The notes under the pieces: generated by a model | Told to the model about the DNA's origin: nothing | What the model saw: only the letters and a program-made list of their open reading frames with translations | Databases searched by the model: none | Source: Octopus sinensis | Taxonomy: Eukaryota | Reading direction: 5' to 3' | DNA: 64,000 nt | Assembly: GCF_006345805.1 (NCBI RefSeq) | Contig: NC_043015.1 | Span: 39,742,001-39,806,000, forward strand | Translations under genes and position numbers: made by a program | Shown: in pieces, positions 27,815-39,434 of the stretch | How positions within the stretch are numbered: position 1 is the first letter of the stretch | How the letters are laid out: each line of letters opens with the position of its first letter

Positions 27815-27921
27815 TCATCATCATCGTTTAACGTCCGTTTTCCATGCTAGCATGGGTTGGACGGTTCGACCGGGGATCTGGGAAGCCAGAAGGCTGCACC
27901 AGGCTCCAGTCTTATCTGGCA
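27815..27921 (-). mobile_element. RTE LINE 3' tail copy (short, abuts Helentron-like element)
   Basis: Near-identical to 29144-29250. Confidence 0.85.
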
Positions 27922-28293
27922 AAACAAGAGCATTCAGAGAGCGCAAGCCTCCACCAAAGCAACCCCAGCGCCTTCTCAACGATTAGCCAGAGATGATTTT
28001 TGAAATGAGAATATCTGAAATAAACTCGACTGCTCTCACAAACGAGAATAGTAAAAATGAATTCGACTGCTCTCAAAAATTAAGTAAAAAAAAATCGGAA
28101 AAATAATCCAGAAACCTTGTCTGGTACCCAATTGATCCCAAAATTTAATCAGTTCATGCCAGTCACGAGGACCAACATCCCTGAAAGTTTCATCCGAATC
28201 CATCCAGTGGTTCTTGAGATATCTTGTCCACAGACAAATAAACAAACATGACTGAAAACAATATCTCCGCCTTCGCTAAGGCAGAGATAATAA
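27922..28293. mobile_element. Helentron-like (HINE/DINE-type) non-autonomous element
   Basis: AACAAGAG end and terminal stem-loop ATCTCCGCCTT-cgct-AAGGCAGAGAT. Second copy at 54120-54501. Class assignment is inferred. Confidence 0.5.
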
Positions 28294-28963
28294 TGTAAAT
28301 AAAAAGCCCTTCAGGTACAACATATTTATTGTGTTGATGTTGGAGATGAATAAGGGTTTGTTAGAAAACATGATATTAGATGAGTTGTAATATTAACTTT
28401 CATTGTCTGGCTCCTTTTTAGAGGAAATTGCTGAAACAGTCAAGTTTTCTAATCAGAAAAATAATATGTACACTTGTGTCTGTGTGTGTTTTACTAATAT
28501 ATTATAGAAATATATACAATAGACCATTTGCATTATGTATCTACCTCTCTCGCACTATTGGTATTCAGTGATTTTTCTTGCTGATAAATTCAAACATACA
28601 CACACACACACACGAATTTACAAACAAGGCAGGAAAGTGCTCAATGCCAAAGTAGAGTGTAATTATATATTATAGCGCTGAGATTACTCACTGTTGGCAC
28701 TCTGAGTTTTAAGACATTTTGTTGATCATGCAACTCGTATATACAATATTTCCATATGCATAACCCAACCCATGCCTGCATAGGAAACAAATGTTAAACT
28801 ATGTTGATGACAATGAATATATATATATATATGTATATGAAGTCATAATAATAAAGAAGTCAAACCAAATAGTGATATTTTGAAATTATTCAAGTATGAT
28901 TCTGGTTTGTGTAATATACAATAGGAAATGCATCCATTTCATCCGGCATTTTTCCGATGGTCG

Positions 28964-29024
28964 GATAACTGAAGAGATGGTGGTGTGGATTTCCACCTCA
29001 GCATCCGAAACTTGGAGTTTTATC
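28964..29024 (+). ncRNA. Near-canonical type I hammerhead ribozyme motif
   Basis: GATAA-CTGAAGA-GATG(..GTGG attt CCAC..)CATC-C-GAA-ACT tgg AGT-T-TTATC. Stem I is 5 bp, stem III is ACT/AGT, triplet GUU, with one extra C before GAAA. Confidence 0.65.
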
Positions 29025-29143
29025 ATGGCTACCGAATAATTGTCACATCTTACATTTACAGATAAATTCCTCTATTTACATAATATCAAGGTCTCTTTCA
29101 TTCTTTTGTTGTCTTACCATTTCTATCAATATATATATATATA

Positions 29144-30037
29144 TCATCATCATCATCGTCGTTTAACGTCCGTTCTCCATGCTAGCATGGGTTGGACGGT
29201 TCGACCGGGGTTCTGGGAAGCCAGAAGGCTGCACCAGGCTCCAGTCTAATCTGGCAATGTTTCTACAGCTGGATGCCCTTCCTAACGCCAACCACTCCGT
29301 GAGTGTAGTGGGTGCTTTTTACGTGCCACTGCACAGGTGCCAGGCGGGGCTGGCAACGGCCACGGTCAGATTGGTGCATTTTATGTGCCACCGGCACGGA
29401 AGCCAGTCGAGGCGGTGCTGGCATCGCCCACGAGTCGGATAGTGCTTTTTACGTACCACCAGACCAGGGATCCTGGCTGGTTCAATTCGATTTCGATTTC
29501 GCTTGCCCCAACATGTCTTCACAAGCAAAGGGGGGGTTGGCATGGGTGCCTGTCGTACGGTCGCATTGGAGTATTTTACGTGCCACGGCCACAGTCGGAT
29601 AGTGCTTTTTACGTACCACCAGGCCAGGGATCCTGGCTGGTTCAATTCGGTTTCGATTTCGATTTCGCTTGCCCCAACATGTCTTCGCAAGCATGGGGGG
29701 TTGGCATGGGTGTCTGTCGTCGGATGAGGTTCTATATCGACTTCGCTTGCCTCAACCGGTCTTTGTGTCCAAGGGAGGAAAGGCATTCATAAGTGGGCTG
29801 GGCTCACTTGTCCTGCCTGGTCTTCTCACGTACAGAATATTTCCAAAGGTTTCGGTCTCTGGTCATTTCCTCAGTGAGGCCTAAAGTTCGAAGGTCGTGC
29901 TTCACCACCTCGTCCCAGGTTTTCCTGGGTCTACCTCTTCCACGGGTTCCCTCAACTGCTAGGGATTGGCACTTTCTCACACACCTATCTTCATCCATTC
30001 TCGCCACATGACCATACCAGCGCAATCGTCTCTCTTG
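29144..30037 (-). mobile_element. 5'-truncated RTE-clade LINE: RT C-terminus plus repeat-built 3' UTR and (GAT)n tail
   Basis: 30037-29804 encodes QERRLRWYGHVARMDEDRCVRKCQSLAVEGTRGRGRPRKTWDEVVKHDLRTLGL..TRDRNLWK..VREKTRQDK*, a typical RTE C-terminus. It is followed by internally duplicated UTR units and CCATGCTAGCATGG..GGACGTTAAACGATGATG. Confidence 0.9.
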
Positions 30038-31442
30038 ATTAATTATTTATTTTTTATGCTCTACAATGACTTAATTCCGAAACGTGCGTCCGTAGGTAAC
30101 TTAATATAGAATGATTTTCTTCATTTCTTTCTCTTTTACCTGCGTCGTTTGTTTTTTAAATGCTTTGGTTTTACTGGGATCTCCCTTTTATGTAGAAAGA
30201 ATAGCCAAAACTTTTTGACTGCTATTTCTAAATTCGGTGTGTGGTGAGGCAAATCGTTGCTGAACCCTTAATTATTTAGTATTTTTTATATATATATATG
30301 AATGAAAATAATCATTCTAGTCTAAATCAAGAAAAAGAAAACAGAGCTAAAAGGAGCAATCCACAACATTATCACTTCGGTATATTACGATAGATTAACT
30401 TCATTCATTGGTGTCATCATTATCACCTCTACTAAGCAGGTTGCTCCACTGGGTGATCGCTACAGATTGAAGGTTGTGCATTGTTGAAGTGAATTAGTGA
30501 TTTGGTCATTATTCCTCTCCGTTTTTAACCACTTGTGCCCCTGGGAATGTCATAATGATTACGGCTTCTGTTTCTTCCAATCTCTGTATAATCTACCAGT
30601 GGATGCTGTATTAGATAACAGCCATCACTGTGTCAAATAGACTGAGAGATCAATTACCGAGGGTTCGTGTGTGAAATAATTGTTTGTTTCAGTTGAGTGA
30701 ATCACTCTATCAATGGTTGATGCTGTGTTGATGGAAAACTGGTGATGCAAATTCCTTAAAACAATATCTTTGGAGATAAGAGCAATACAGTCTGAGCAAC
30801 AACAACAACAATAACAGAAGCAGCAGTAATGCATAGGATTGTTGTTTCAAATCCTGCCACTTCTACTTGGTTATGTCGATCAAGCATTGGTGAGGTGGAA
30901 GAGGAGGCAGAGGAGGAGGTGTATTTGGCTGTGTGTGTGTGTGTGTGTGTTGTATGGAAAGAAAATCCTGCATCATCATCATCATCATCATTGTCGTCAT
31001 CATCGTCATCATCATCGGTTCGATGCCAACCCTAATTCTTGAACGACGTAAAGCACTTGAGGGGAAACAGAAATGCTAAACATTTCTGCAAATGTTTTGA
31101 CAATTCTTGATTGATCGACTTCACAAAGAAACAACAACAGCAACAAAAACAATACTACTACTACTACTACAAATAATAATAATAATGATAATAATAATAA
31201 TAATAAACAGGAATTTAGCGAATCAAAAACTGGAATGTGATTTGTTTTGATGGTATTTGATGGTTGTTATTTGATAAAAGATCGGAATGCATCTTGAAAC
31301 ATGTTGGATTGAGGTTTAGTTCCCTTCCTGATACAAGATAGGAAACTGGCAGATCAATACCATCAGATCAATACTGAAATAGATGATTAGAATCTTGTTT
31401 TTGTTTTTATCATTATTATCATTATTATTATTATTATTATAT

Positions 31443-32210
31443 TAAGGTGGTGAGCTGGCAGAATCATTAGCATGCCGGGTAAAATGCTTTGCAGTATTTC
31501 TCCCATCTTTATGTTCTGAGTTCAAATTCTGCCAAGGTCATCTTTGCTTTTTGTCCTTTTGGGGTTGATGAATTAAGTACCAGTGAAATGCTGGGGTTGA
31601 TGTAATCGACTGGTACCCCTCCCCCAATATTTCAGGCCTTGTGCCTATAGTAGAAAGGATCATCATCATCATTATTATTATTAAGGTGGCAAGTTCACAG
31701 AACCATTAGCATGCTGGGCAAAAAGATTAGCGGCATTTCGTCTGTCTTTACGTTCTGAGTTCAAATCCTGCCGAGGTCAGCTTTCTTTTTCATCAATAAA
31801 ACAAGTACCAGTTATGCACTGGGGTCGATGTAATCAACTTATCCCCTCCCTGAAATTGCTGGTTCTGTGCCAAAATTTGAAACCATTCTTATCATTACCA
31901 TTATTATTATTATGGCAGCAAGCTGACAGAATTGTTAGCATTTCTTCTGGGTTCATATTCCACCAAGGCCCATTTTACCTTTCATTCTTTTGGGTTTGAT
32001 AAAATAAGTACTGGGGTTGATGCAACTGGTTACCCCACAATTCTTGGCTTTGTTCCTATAGTAGAAAAAAAAATCGTTATTATTAAGATGGCAAGCAGAC
32101 AGAATTTTGAAAGAATCAGGCAAAAATGCTTGGCAGTATTTCTTCCAACAGTTTACATTCTGAGTTCAAATCTCAATGAAGCCAACTGTGCCGGTGTCGA
32201 TAAAATAAAT
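31443..32210 (+). mobile_element. Array of about four diverged family C SINEs (tail type 2) separated by (ATT)n
   Basis: Repeated AAG(G/A)TGG..AGC..CAGAA heads at about 31444, 31683, 31912 and 32084. Confidence 0.75.
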
Positions 32211-32333
32211 TGCCAGATCAGACTGGAGCCTGGTGTAGCCTGCTGGCTTCCCAGGCCCCAGTCGAACCGTCCAACCCATGCTAGCATGGAAAATGGACGT
32301 TGAACGATGATAGTGATGATGATGATGATGATG
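32211..32333 (+). mobile_element. RTE LINE 3' tail copy
   Basis: CCAGATCAGACTGGAGCCTGG...CCATGCTAGCATGGAAAATGGACG, then a GAT tail. Confidence 0.8.
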
Positions 32334-33220
32334 CTGGAGTCAGAGGTATCAGCTTAGACCCCACCACCTCAAAATTGCTGGCCTTGCGCTGAACTTTGAA
32401 TTATTATTATGATGTTAACATTCCGGTTAATGTTGGGTGAATGAGAAACACACTGGTTGAAAAAAAAAATGAAAAAAAACATTGGGGGAGGGGGGCTGTA
32501 ATGAGGGGGTGGGAGTGAAGTTGGTTTAAATGTTGTTGTTGTTGCTGATGTTGTCTATAATCAATTTTGAGTCGATATTTCATTGGAAGTCATCCAGAAA
32601 CTTTTTGCTGTTGATGTATTTTCAGGACCACCTCCCAGGACTCACAGAGTCAACTTAGTATATTGACATTGTTCCAATGTACACATAGTCTGTCTGTCTG
32701 TCAGTCTGTCTCTTTCTCTCTCCCTCTCTCTCTCTCTTTCTCTCTGAAGATTTATGTCATATTGTTCAGCAGACCCTTATAATCGCCTTTACAAACTCCT
32801 TAATAATCTTTATACACCTTTGCAGATCCTTCTTCCACACCTCTGTTTTTATTGACTCCCACTTTGCATTTATTCCATAGTTTGTTCAGTTCTTTACAAA
32901 ATAGTGTGACCCCCACCACCAACACCACCCAACACACCATCTACCAATCCGCCTCCTTCCTTCCTTCCTTCCTTTCACTATGACTCGTTTCACTACAGAC
33001 ATACAGACATTGCTACATCAACTGCAAACGCAGACATTATTGTACACATGCACACTATCGCACGTATGCATAAATCGATTCACGCACGCATGCACAAGCA
33101 TTGTATTTGATGACATAAAAAATGCAAGCGCAGATTAGGCCCAACCCAGTTTCATCCGCTCTTATTCAGAGAAAAGGTTTTTAGTGCATTAAAACCTGGA
33201 TTATTTAAAGCAATACAACA

Positions 33221-33430
33221 TGGTGAGATGGCAGAGTTGTTGCCATACGGGAAAAAATTCTTGGCAGCATTTTGTCTGTCTTTACGTTCTGAGTTCTAAT
33301 CCTGCTGAGGTCGGCTTTGCCTTTCATTCTTTCAGGGTTGATAAAATAAGTACCGGTTATGCACCGGGGTTGGTGTAATCAATTTACCCCTCACCCAAAA
33401 TTGCTGGCCTTGTGCCGAAATTTGAAATCC
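33221..33430 (+). mobile_element. SINE family C (tail type 2)
   Basis: GTTCTGAGTTC..CCTTTCATTCTTTCAGGGTTGATAAAATAAGTACC..AAATTGCTGGCCTTGTGCC. Confidence 0.78.
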
Positions 33431-34288
33431 ATATAGTCCCAACTTTGCATATGGGCACTATGGTGGCTGGTGGGGTGGGGGTGAAGGTGGTGGTGAGGGT
33501 AGGGGTGGTATTTTTAAAGGGGCACCACTTTTGGGTCTGCTGTAGGCAGTATGCATTTTTTGTGGGGTCCGGGGGCAACAAAGAGAAGGGCTGCCCCGGG
33601 CGACATACACTCTAGCTACGCTAGTGCATATAGGCCCTTGGGGTTGGGGGTATTATTGTTTTTTTTTTTTTTGAGACATTTTTTGAAAAGAAAATAATGG
33701 TGCATCTTGTATGCTGTCAAATATGGTATACACACACACACACACACACGCATACACACATGAACATACATGAATGCACAAACATACATATGCATGAACA
33801 CACACACACACACACACACACACGCATATGTGAGCATACAAACATACACATGAGCACACATACAGATGTATACACACACACACAGATAACTTTCAGCAAA
33901 TGGAACTGGTCTTCCCTCCCCACCCCCTGCCTCCCTCCCCCCTGCCTCCCTCCCCCCTCCGTCCCATCCCTCCATGGTTTGTAAAGGTTTTCCATCAATA
34001 TTTCCAAAGTAGAATTTGTTGAGTGGGGAAAAGGAAGATATTGGTTCCTCAAGTTTTTATCATCGATGGAACAGTCTGACCTGAACTATTGATTATTTTG
34101 GAGGAAGAAGAAGAAGAAGAAGGAGAAGGAGAGCAAGAACTGTGCAACGCTGTTTACTTATGTGCAGTGTTGATGCCGGTGTTACTGCGCAGTTCTTTAG
34201 GCTGTGCACTTCCATAGACTCACCCACCAAATCTCTCCTTCCTTCCTTGTGTGTGTATGTGTGTGTGTATGTGTGTGTGTGTGTGTAG

Positions 34289-34450
34289 ATGCAAGCATGG
34301 CTGTGTGGTTAAGAAGGTAGCTTTGCAACCATGTGCTTTCAGGTTCAGTCCTACTCTGCGGCAATTTGGGTAAATGTCTTACTGTACCTCTGGGCCAACA
34401 ATTGTTTCCATGTGAATGAATTTGCTGGACAGAAACTGTGTTGAAGCCTG

Positions 34451-34487
<37 letters not shown>

Positions 34488-34648
34488 ACTGTTTGGTGAC
34501 TGGTGTTGGTTTGTTTGCATCCCTATAGCCTTAGCAGTTTAGCAAAAATAGAGAGATTGATAAAGTATCAGGACCAGGGTTTATTTGATTGCAAAGAACC
34601 CTTTGAAGCGGTGTCCCAGCATGGCCACTGAAACAAGCAGAAATAAAT
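34289..34648 (+). mobile_element. SINE family B, diverged
   Basis: GGCTGTGTGGTTAAG head, (GT)n core, CCCAGCATGGCCACTGAAAC tail. Confidence 0.7.
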
Positions 34649-34655
34649 TCATATA

Positions 34656-34871
34656 CTTGGTGTCCCAGAAGTTGTTCACCACCCTGGTTTTTTTTAAAAG
34701 AAGACACCCTTACTGATTTCAAAAACACCTTATTGAAATTAATCGTAACAAATGCTCAAATTGAGCACCCTCTACAATAAAACATGTAGAAAAAAAATAT
34801 AATAAAATAAAATGCTTTAATTAATTTTAATGAAAACCAGAATGGTGTGTGACTTCTGGGACACCACCCTG
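34656..34871. mobile_element. Tc1/mariner-type MITE
   Basis: TA|C..TGGTGTCCCAGAAGT.. at left and ..ACTTCTGGGACACCACCCTG|TA at right: imperfect TIRs of about 35 bp with TA flanks. Confidence 0.55.
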
Positions 34872-34897
34872 TATAGATTTATATAAGTACATATATT

Positions 34898-35130
34898 AAG
34901 GTGGCGAGCTGGCAGAAACGTTAGCACGCCGGGCGAAATGCGTAGCCGTATTTCGTTTGTCATTACGTTCTGAGTTCAAATTCCGCCAAAGTCGACTTTG
35001 CCTTTCATCCTTTCGGGGTCGATAAATTAAGTACCAGTTACGCACTGGGGTTGATGTAATTGACTTAATCCGTTAGTCTGTCCTTGTTTGTCCCCTCTGT
35101 GTTTAGCCCCTTGTGGGTCGTAAAGAAATA
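34898..35130 (+). mobile_element. SINE family C (tail type 1), full length
   Basis: Reverse complement of 5876-6108. Confidence 0.9.
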
Positions 35131-35226
35131 TATATATGTACATATATTTGTGTACGCACACATGCACAGACACACACATTCTCTCTCTCTCTCTTTTTCT
35201 CTCTCTCTCTTTTTCTCTCTCTCTCT

Positions 35227-35262
<36 letters not shown>

Positions 35263-36590
35263 CCTCCCTCTACTCCCATTTTGGAATCCGGTTATATATT
35301 TATCAAATGTCTTTCCTTCATATTTTGTAATTCTTCAACACATTCTTCTGTTTCTCTAAACAACACCATTTGTTGACTTTTATCTTTGGACATAGAATTC
35401 TGTCTGTATGCGCATGGGTGTTTCTCTTGTGACACGATGCCATGGAAACATAATACATGCTGCGGTTACATGTGTGTGTGTATGTAATGCTATTTTTGTA
35501 TGTACATTTATGTGTGAGCTTATGTAGTTGTATTGGTGTGTTGGTGAATAAGATTCCTTATAATACTCTGATATTCCTACCAAGATATAAACTTACTCAA
35601 TTCTTACATGGAATCTCTACAAACAGACCAATTCCACTCTGCCATTGCAATATTCTAACCAAAACTAATTTATTTATCAGATGTTAAATTACTTTTGGTT
35701 TTTATTCCAAATCATTTAATTATTCCTTCGTCTTTACAGTATAAGGTCTACCATTTCCATTATTCCTTTACTTTTGTTTTAAGAGGTGAAATGGTAAAGT
35801 CTTTCAATCTCAAGTTCAAATCTTCTGTCACCATTTCATTTTATTCCCTAGCTGAGCACTTGCATACCAGAACCTCTATTCACACAAATTGTCTGTAATT
35901 GGTACCAAATCTCGGAATCCTTAGAATATCCTTGTTTATGTTTATGTTCTGGGTTCCAACCCTACCATGGTTAAAACTCTATCTTATTCTCCTCAAGTAC
36001 CACTTAAATACTGGGGCTGATATGATTTATTATATCTCTCCTTAAACATGTGGCCGTGTGCCAATATTTATTCTTAGGTCTCACATCTCCTGCTGAAGAA
36101 TACAGGAAGCTTTCTGAAATATCAATCTAGGGATTTGTTTGGGAAATGGAAACTTTTAAGAGGAAATATCCATTTAGGAAAGTGAAGAATTCAATGTTTG
36201 AAGGAAGAATTTAGTGCTTCTATTTCAGAGTTTTGTTTTGAATAATGCTCCTTTTCATGACAATTTCTGTACAATACTTATCACAGTTCACTTCAGTTCA
36301 AGTTTACAACTTGAAGGACATTCCAACATCTTTCTAACACAAGCTCTGTTTATATCCAGATTTTCACAACCATCATGGTGACTGTGTTGTTGAAATAAAA
36401 AAAAAATGCAAGCAGTTGTTTGTAAGAAAGAAGCTATTGTAGAGACTGGAAAATTACTTGGCATCTCAATTACATAAACTCATTTACATTCAAGCTTAAC
36501 AAGGGAGCCTCTTAGTTGTCAATTGACTAGAAAGAAATAACAGTTAAATCTCCATCAAATTCTATCTTGCTCTCAGACAATGGAGAGTAA

Positions 36591-36959
36591 TCTCTCTTTA
36601 TATAAAGCTGAAGTTAGCCTTCAACTAACACTATCTCCTCTGAGACCCTGTGGCGCAAGTTGACCAAAATTGAGAGTATAATAGAAGAAGGCTTGCTCTT
36701 CCTTCCGTAGAAGATAAAATTCAAATCGGACCATGCTAAGACCAAAAATTATTTACATCAGAAAGGTGCTTTTTTTCTATGAAAATCCCTATTTTTTACG
36801 ATTTTTGACTGCCGTGTTGCCATTTTTCGGTGTATTTCAACCAGAAAAATGTTCACTTAATGAGAATAACAAGCTACATAATGCAAAATTTTTACTTTTC
36901 GAAAATTCCAATTCTAAAGGGTCGAAACAAACCCGAGCAACACCAGGCGATACTGCTAG
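36591..36959 (+). mobile_element. Non-autonomous Helitron, family 1
   Basis: A|TC start, subterminal CCCGAGCAACACCAGGCG, CTAG|T end, no TSD. Confidence 0.82.
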
Positions 36960-38162
36960 TAAACTATATTTTGAATAAAATAGTTATGGCAGGAATGTCT
37001 TTGTTCACATTTTTGGTGGTGGACTAAAGTTAATCTGATCAATAATAGATATTTGGTTTTGGTCTGATTTTCTTTGAGGGTTTATATTTCCCATATTCTT
37101 TAGAAATGCTGAAAACATCCAGATTTAGCTCCTTGCTGACTGCTTTCACCCACAAACAATTGTTGTTGTTGTTACTATTACAAACTTACATCTATAGTCT
37201 CTTTCTCTAAATTGTCTTCATCATGTCTGAAAAGAAAAGAAATTGGCAGCTGTGTTTCTCTCCCCCCCCCCCCCACCTCCCCAGCATCCCGTATTGAAGA
37301 ACGACTTCCCAAAAATATGTCAGACTTATCCTGCCTGGTAGAGCATCACATTCTGAAATCTACCAAATCTGTAGAAATTGAACTGAAGACCATTTCCTAA
37401 TCTCTTTAATGATGTTAGAAGATTACAGAGTCATTAAACGATACTAAATCTTTTATTGGAACGGTCAGTTTCTCTACTGACCGCTTATAATTCTTCTAAT
37501 CTATGTAATCTACAAGAGCTAGTTCCTTGGCAAACTGACCATTTGGTATTTTCTCTTCCTGGAAGTAGTTTGTAGTTTCTCTCAACAGAATGTCTGGAAT
37601 TGGATCAAGTCTTTCATTTGACTTCTTCTATAGAAATTCTTTCATCTTTATTGCCAAATCCATTTTCCTATTTTATTGATAGCCACAACATTATTAACGT
37701 CTGCCAGTGGGAAATATGATAATATTGATTTTTATAATAATATTCAGTTGTTCTCCCTTGTGTCAGTGGCCTTTCCGTCTGTGACCAATTGTTTTATTGC
37801 CTTTAATTATCACTTGGTAAATTCTACAGGGACGTCTATATATCTTCATGCCATATCTTTGAAATTCATGAATGTATTCTTGTGTATCTTTCTTGCTATC
37901 CTTAATGGTAAATAAAAAACACTAACATGTCTTTCTATTTCCATTCATCTGCATGTGTATCCAGTATTTCCTTCAAATGAAAGCTAAAAAAAAACAAAAG
38001 AGCAATAGGTTTGTCCCTTGGCACAGTTGTTGGTTCAAATAAATTCTAATTAATTAAGAGGAAACTAACTTCAGCAAAATAATGTGATTATTAATTATAA
38101 ATTTATAAGCCATTTGAGAAACACACAAAAACTGTTAGATTCACTTCAGCATTTAAATTTCA

Positions 38163-38213
38163 TTTGTCAAAATATTTTCGTCGCTTTGAGACCATGACCT
38201 GTTCACTGACAAA
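38163..38213 (-). ncRNA. Hammerhead motif, G3-C8 core variant (left arm, inverted copy)
   Basis: Minus strand reads TTTGTCA-GTGAACA-G-GTCAT ggtctcaaa GCGAC-GAA-AATATT-T-TGACAAA. Confidence 0.55.
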
Positions 38214-38272
38214 ATTCTGTGCTGCATCATGGGGCACGGATACATCATGGAGCACGTGATGCAGCATGGAAT

Positions 38273-38323
38273 TTTGTCAGTGAACAGGTTGCGGTCTCAA
38301 AGCGACGAAAATATTTCGACAAA
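38273..38323 (+). ncRNA. Hammerhead motif, G3-C8 core variant (right arm of fold-back insertion)
   Basis: TTTGTCA-GTGAACA-G-GTTGC ggtctcaaa GCGAC-GAA-AATATT-T-CGACAAA. Stem III is palindromic AATATT. The mirror copy at 38163-38213 (-) has an intact stem I (TTTGTCA/TGACAAA). Confidence 0.55.
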
Positions 38324-39434
38324 TGAAATTTAAATGTTGAAGTGAATCTAACGGTTTTTGTGTGCTTCTCAAATGGCTTATAAACACCTTCCACGCTGCA
38401 ATTGTTTTTGTTCCAGCATGTGATCAGAGATCAGGTCACTTGCTATGCATGTACATCTCCATAATAATTATAAATTGTAGAGTTTAATTACTTGTTGTTG
38501 TTTGTGGCAGTATACTACTTCTACATGAGTCATGGTTCTTGAAATTGTCTTCCCTGCCCTTAGTGATTGTCCTACCTTCTCTGGAAGCAGAGATATTTTT
38601 CAATAAATGAAGAATTTCTTTTGTGTGATACTAAACGAATCCTTATTTGTCTTTGGCCATTCTCGTTAACTTCTCTTCATTCAGTTTTTGTTCATTTATA
38701 CAAATTGTTCAAACCATAAATATATTCTACTCTATTTTTTTTTCGTGTTTTCCCTCTGTCTAAGTGCCTGGTTCTGATGGAGATAAAATTTGTCAACTGT
38801 CAGAGATGGTGAACCTCTCTCTTTCTCACCCCCCTCACACACACATGTCCCTTCTCTAGAATCATTGTCCAGCCCACAAATGTCCACCCCCTTTTTCCTT
38901 TCTGTTCACAATGACTTTTATCTGTCTCCCTCCCCCACCCCGACACTCTGAACCCCTCACCCCCCACCATCACACTCACACCTATTTATAATATTTCAGC
39001 TCAGCTAAGAGAAGGGCCATACCTTGTTTTTGATAATTATATAACAAATATTCTAAATACTGCAGCAGTTATTTGAGAATCTGGTGTTAAAGGTTGATCA
39101 AGTTTCCTAGTGTTATATTAGATGGATTGTTGATGTTGTGGTTGGTGGTGTTGTATATAAACATTCCTGAAAACTACTCCCAACCCCGCCACAAACACCA
39201 AAGTGCTGTACTTAGTCACAATTAACATTCTTCTTCAGATCTGGGTAGGGCACATCTGAATGTTGTCGTCACCACAAACCATTACTTCTCCTTCCATTAG
39301 CATCTCTATTGTTTGACCCAACCCAGCTAATCTAAAGAGCAATTGGCATCAAAATAGATCAGTTACTCCATTTGTTGTCAGTCAGGAATGGATTAGTGGC
39401 AGTCCAGGTCAGGATGAGGATTAACAAGTGTTGT

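Larger units (their letters stand above)
38104..38464 (+). mobile_element. Penelope-like terminal fragment inserted with an inverted 5' duplication
   Basis: About 128-bp inverted arms (38102-38229 / 38257-38384), the right arm extended to 38464. 12-bp direct repeat TAATTATAAATT at 38092-38103 and 38465-38476 (TSD). Hammerhead motif in both arms. Confidence 0.6.

Noticed and set aside
29840-29885. CTGAGGA...GAAAC on the minus strand
   Set aside because: It lies inside RTE coding sequence (LTEEMTRDRNLW) with no stem II pairing and no NUH/stem I, so it is a chance match.
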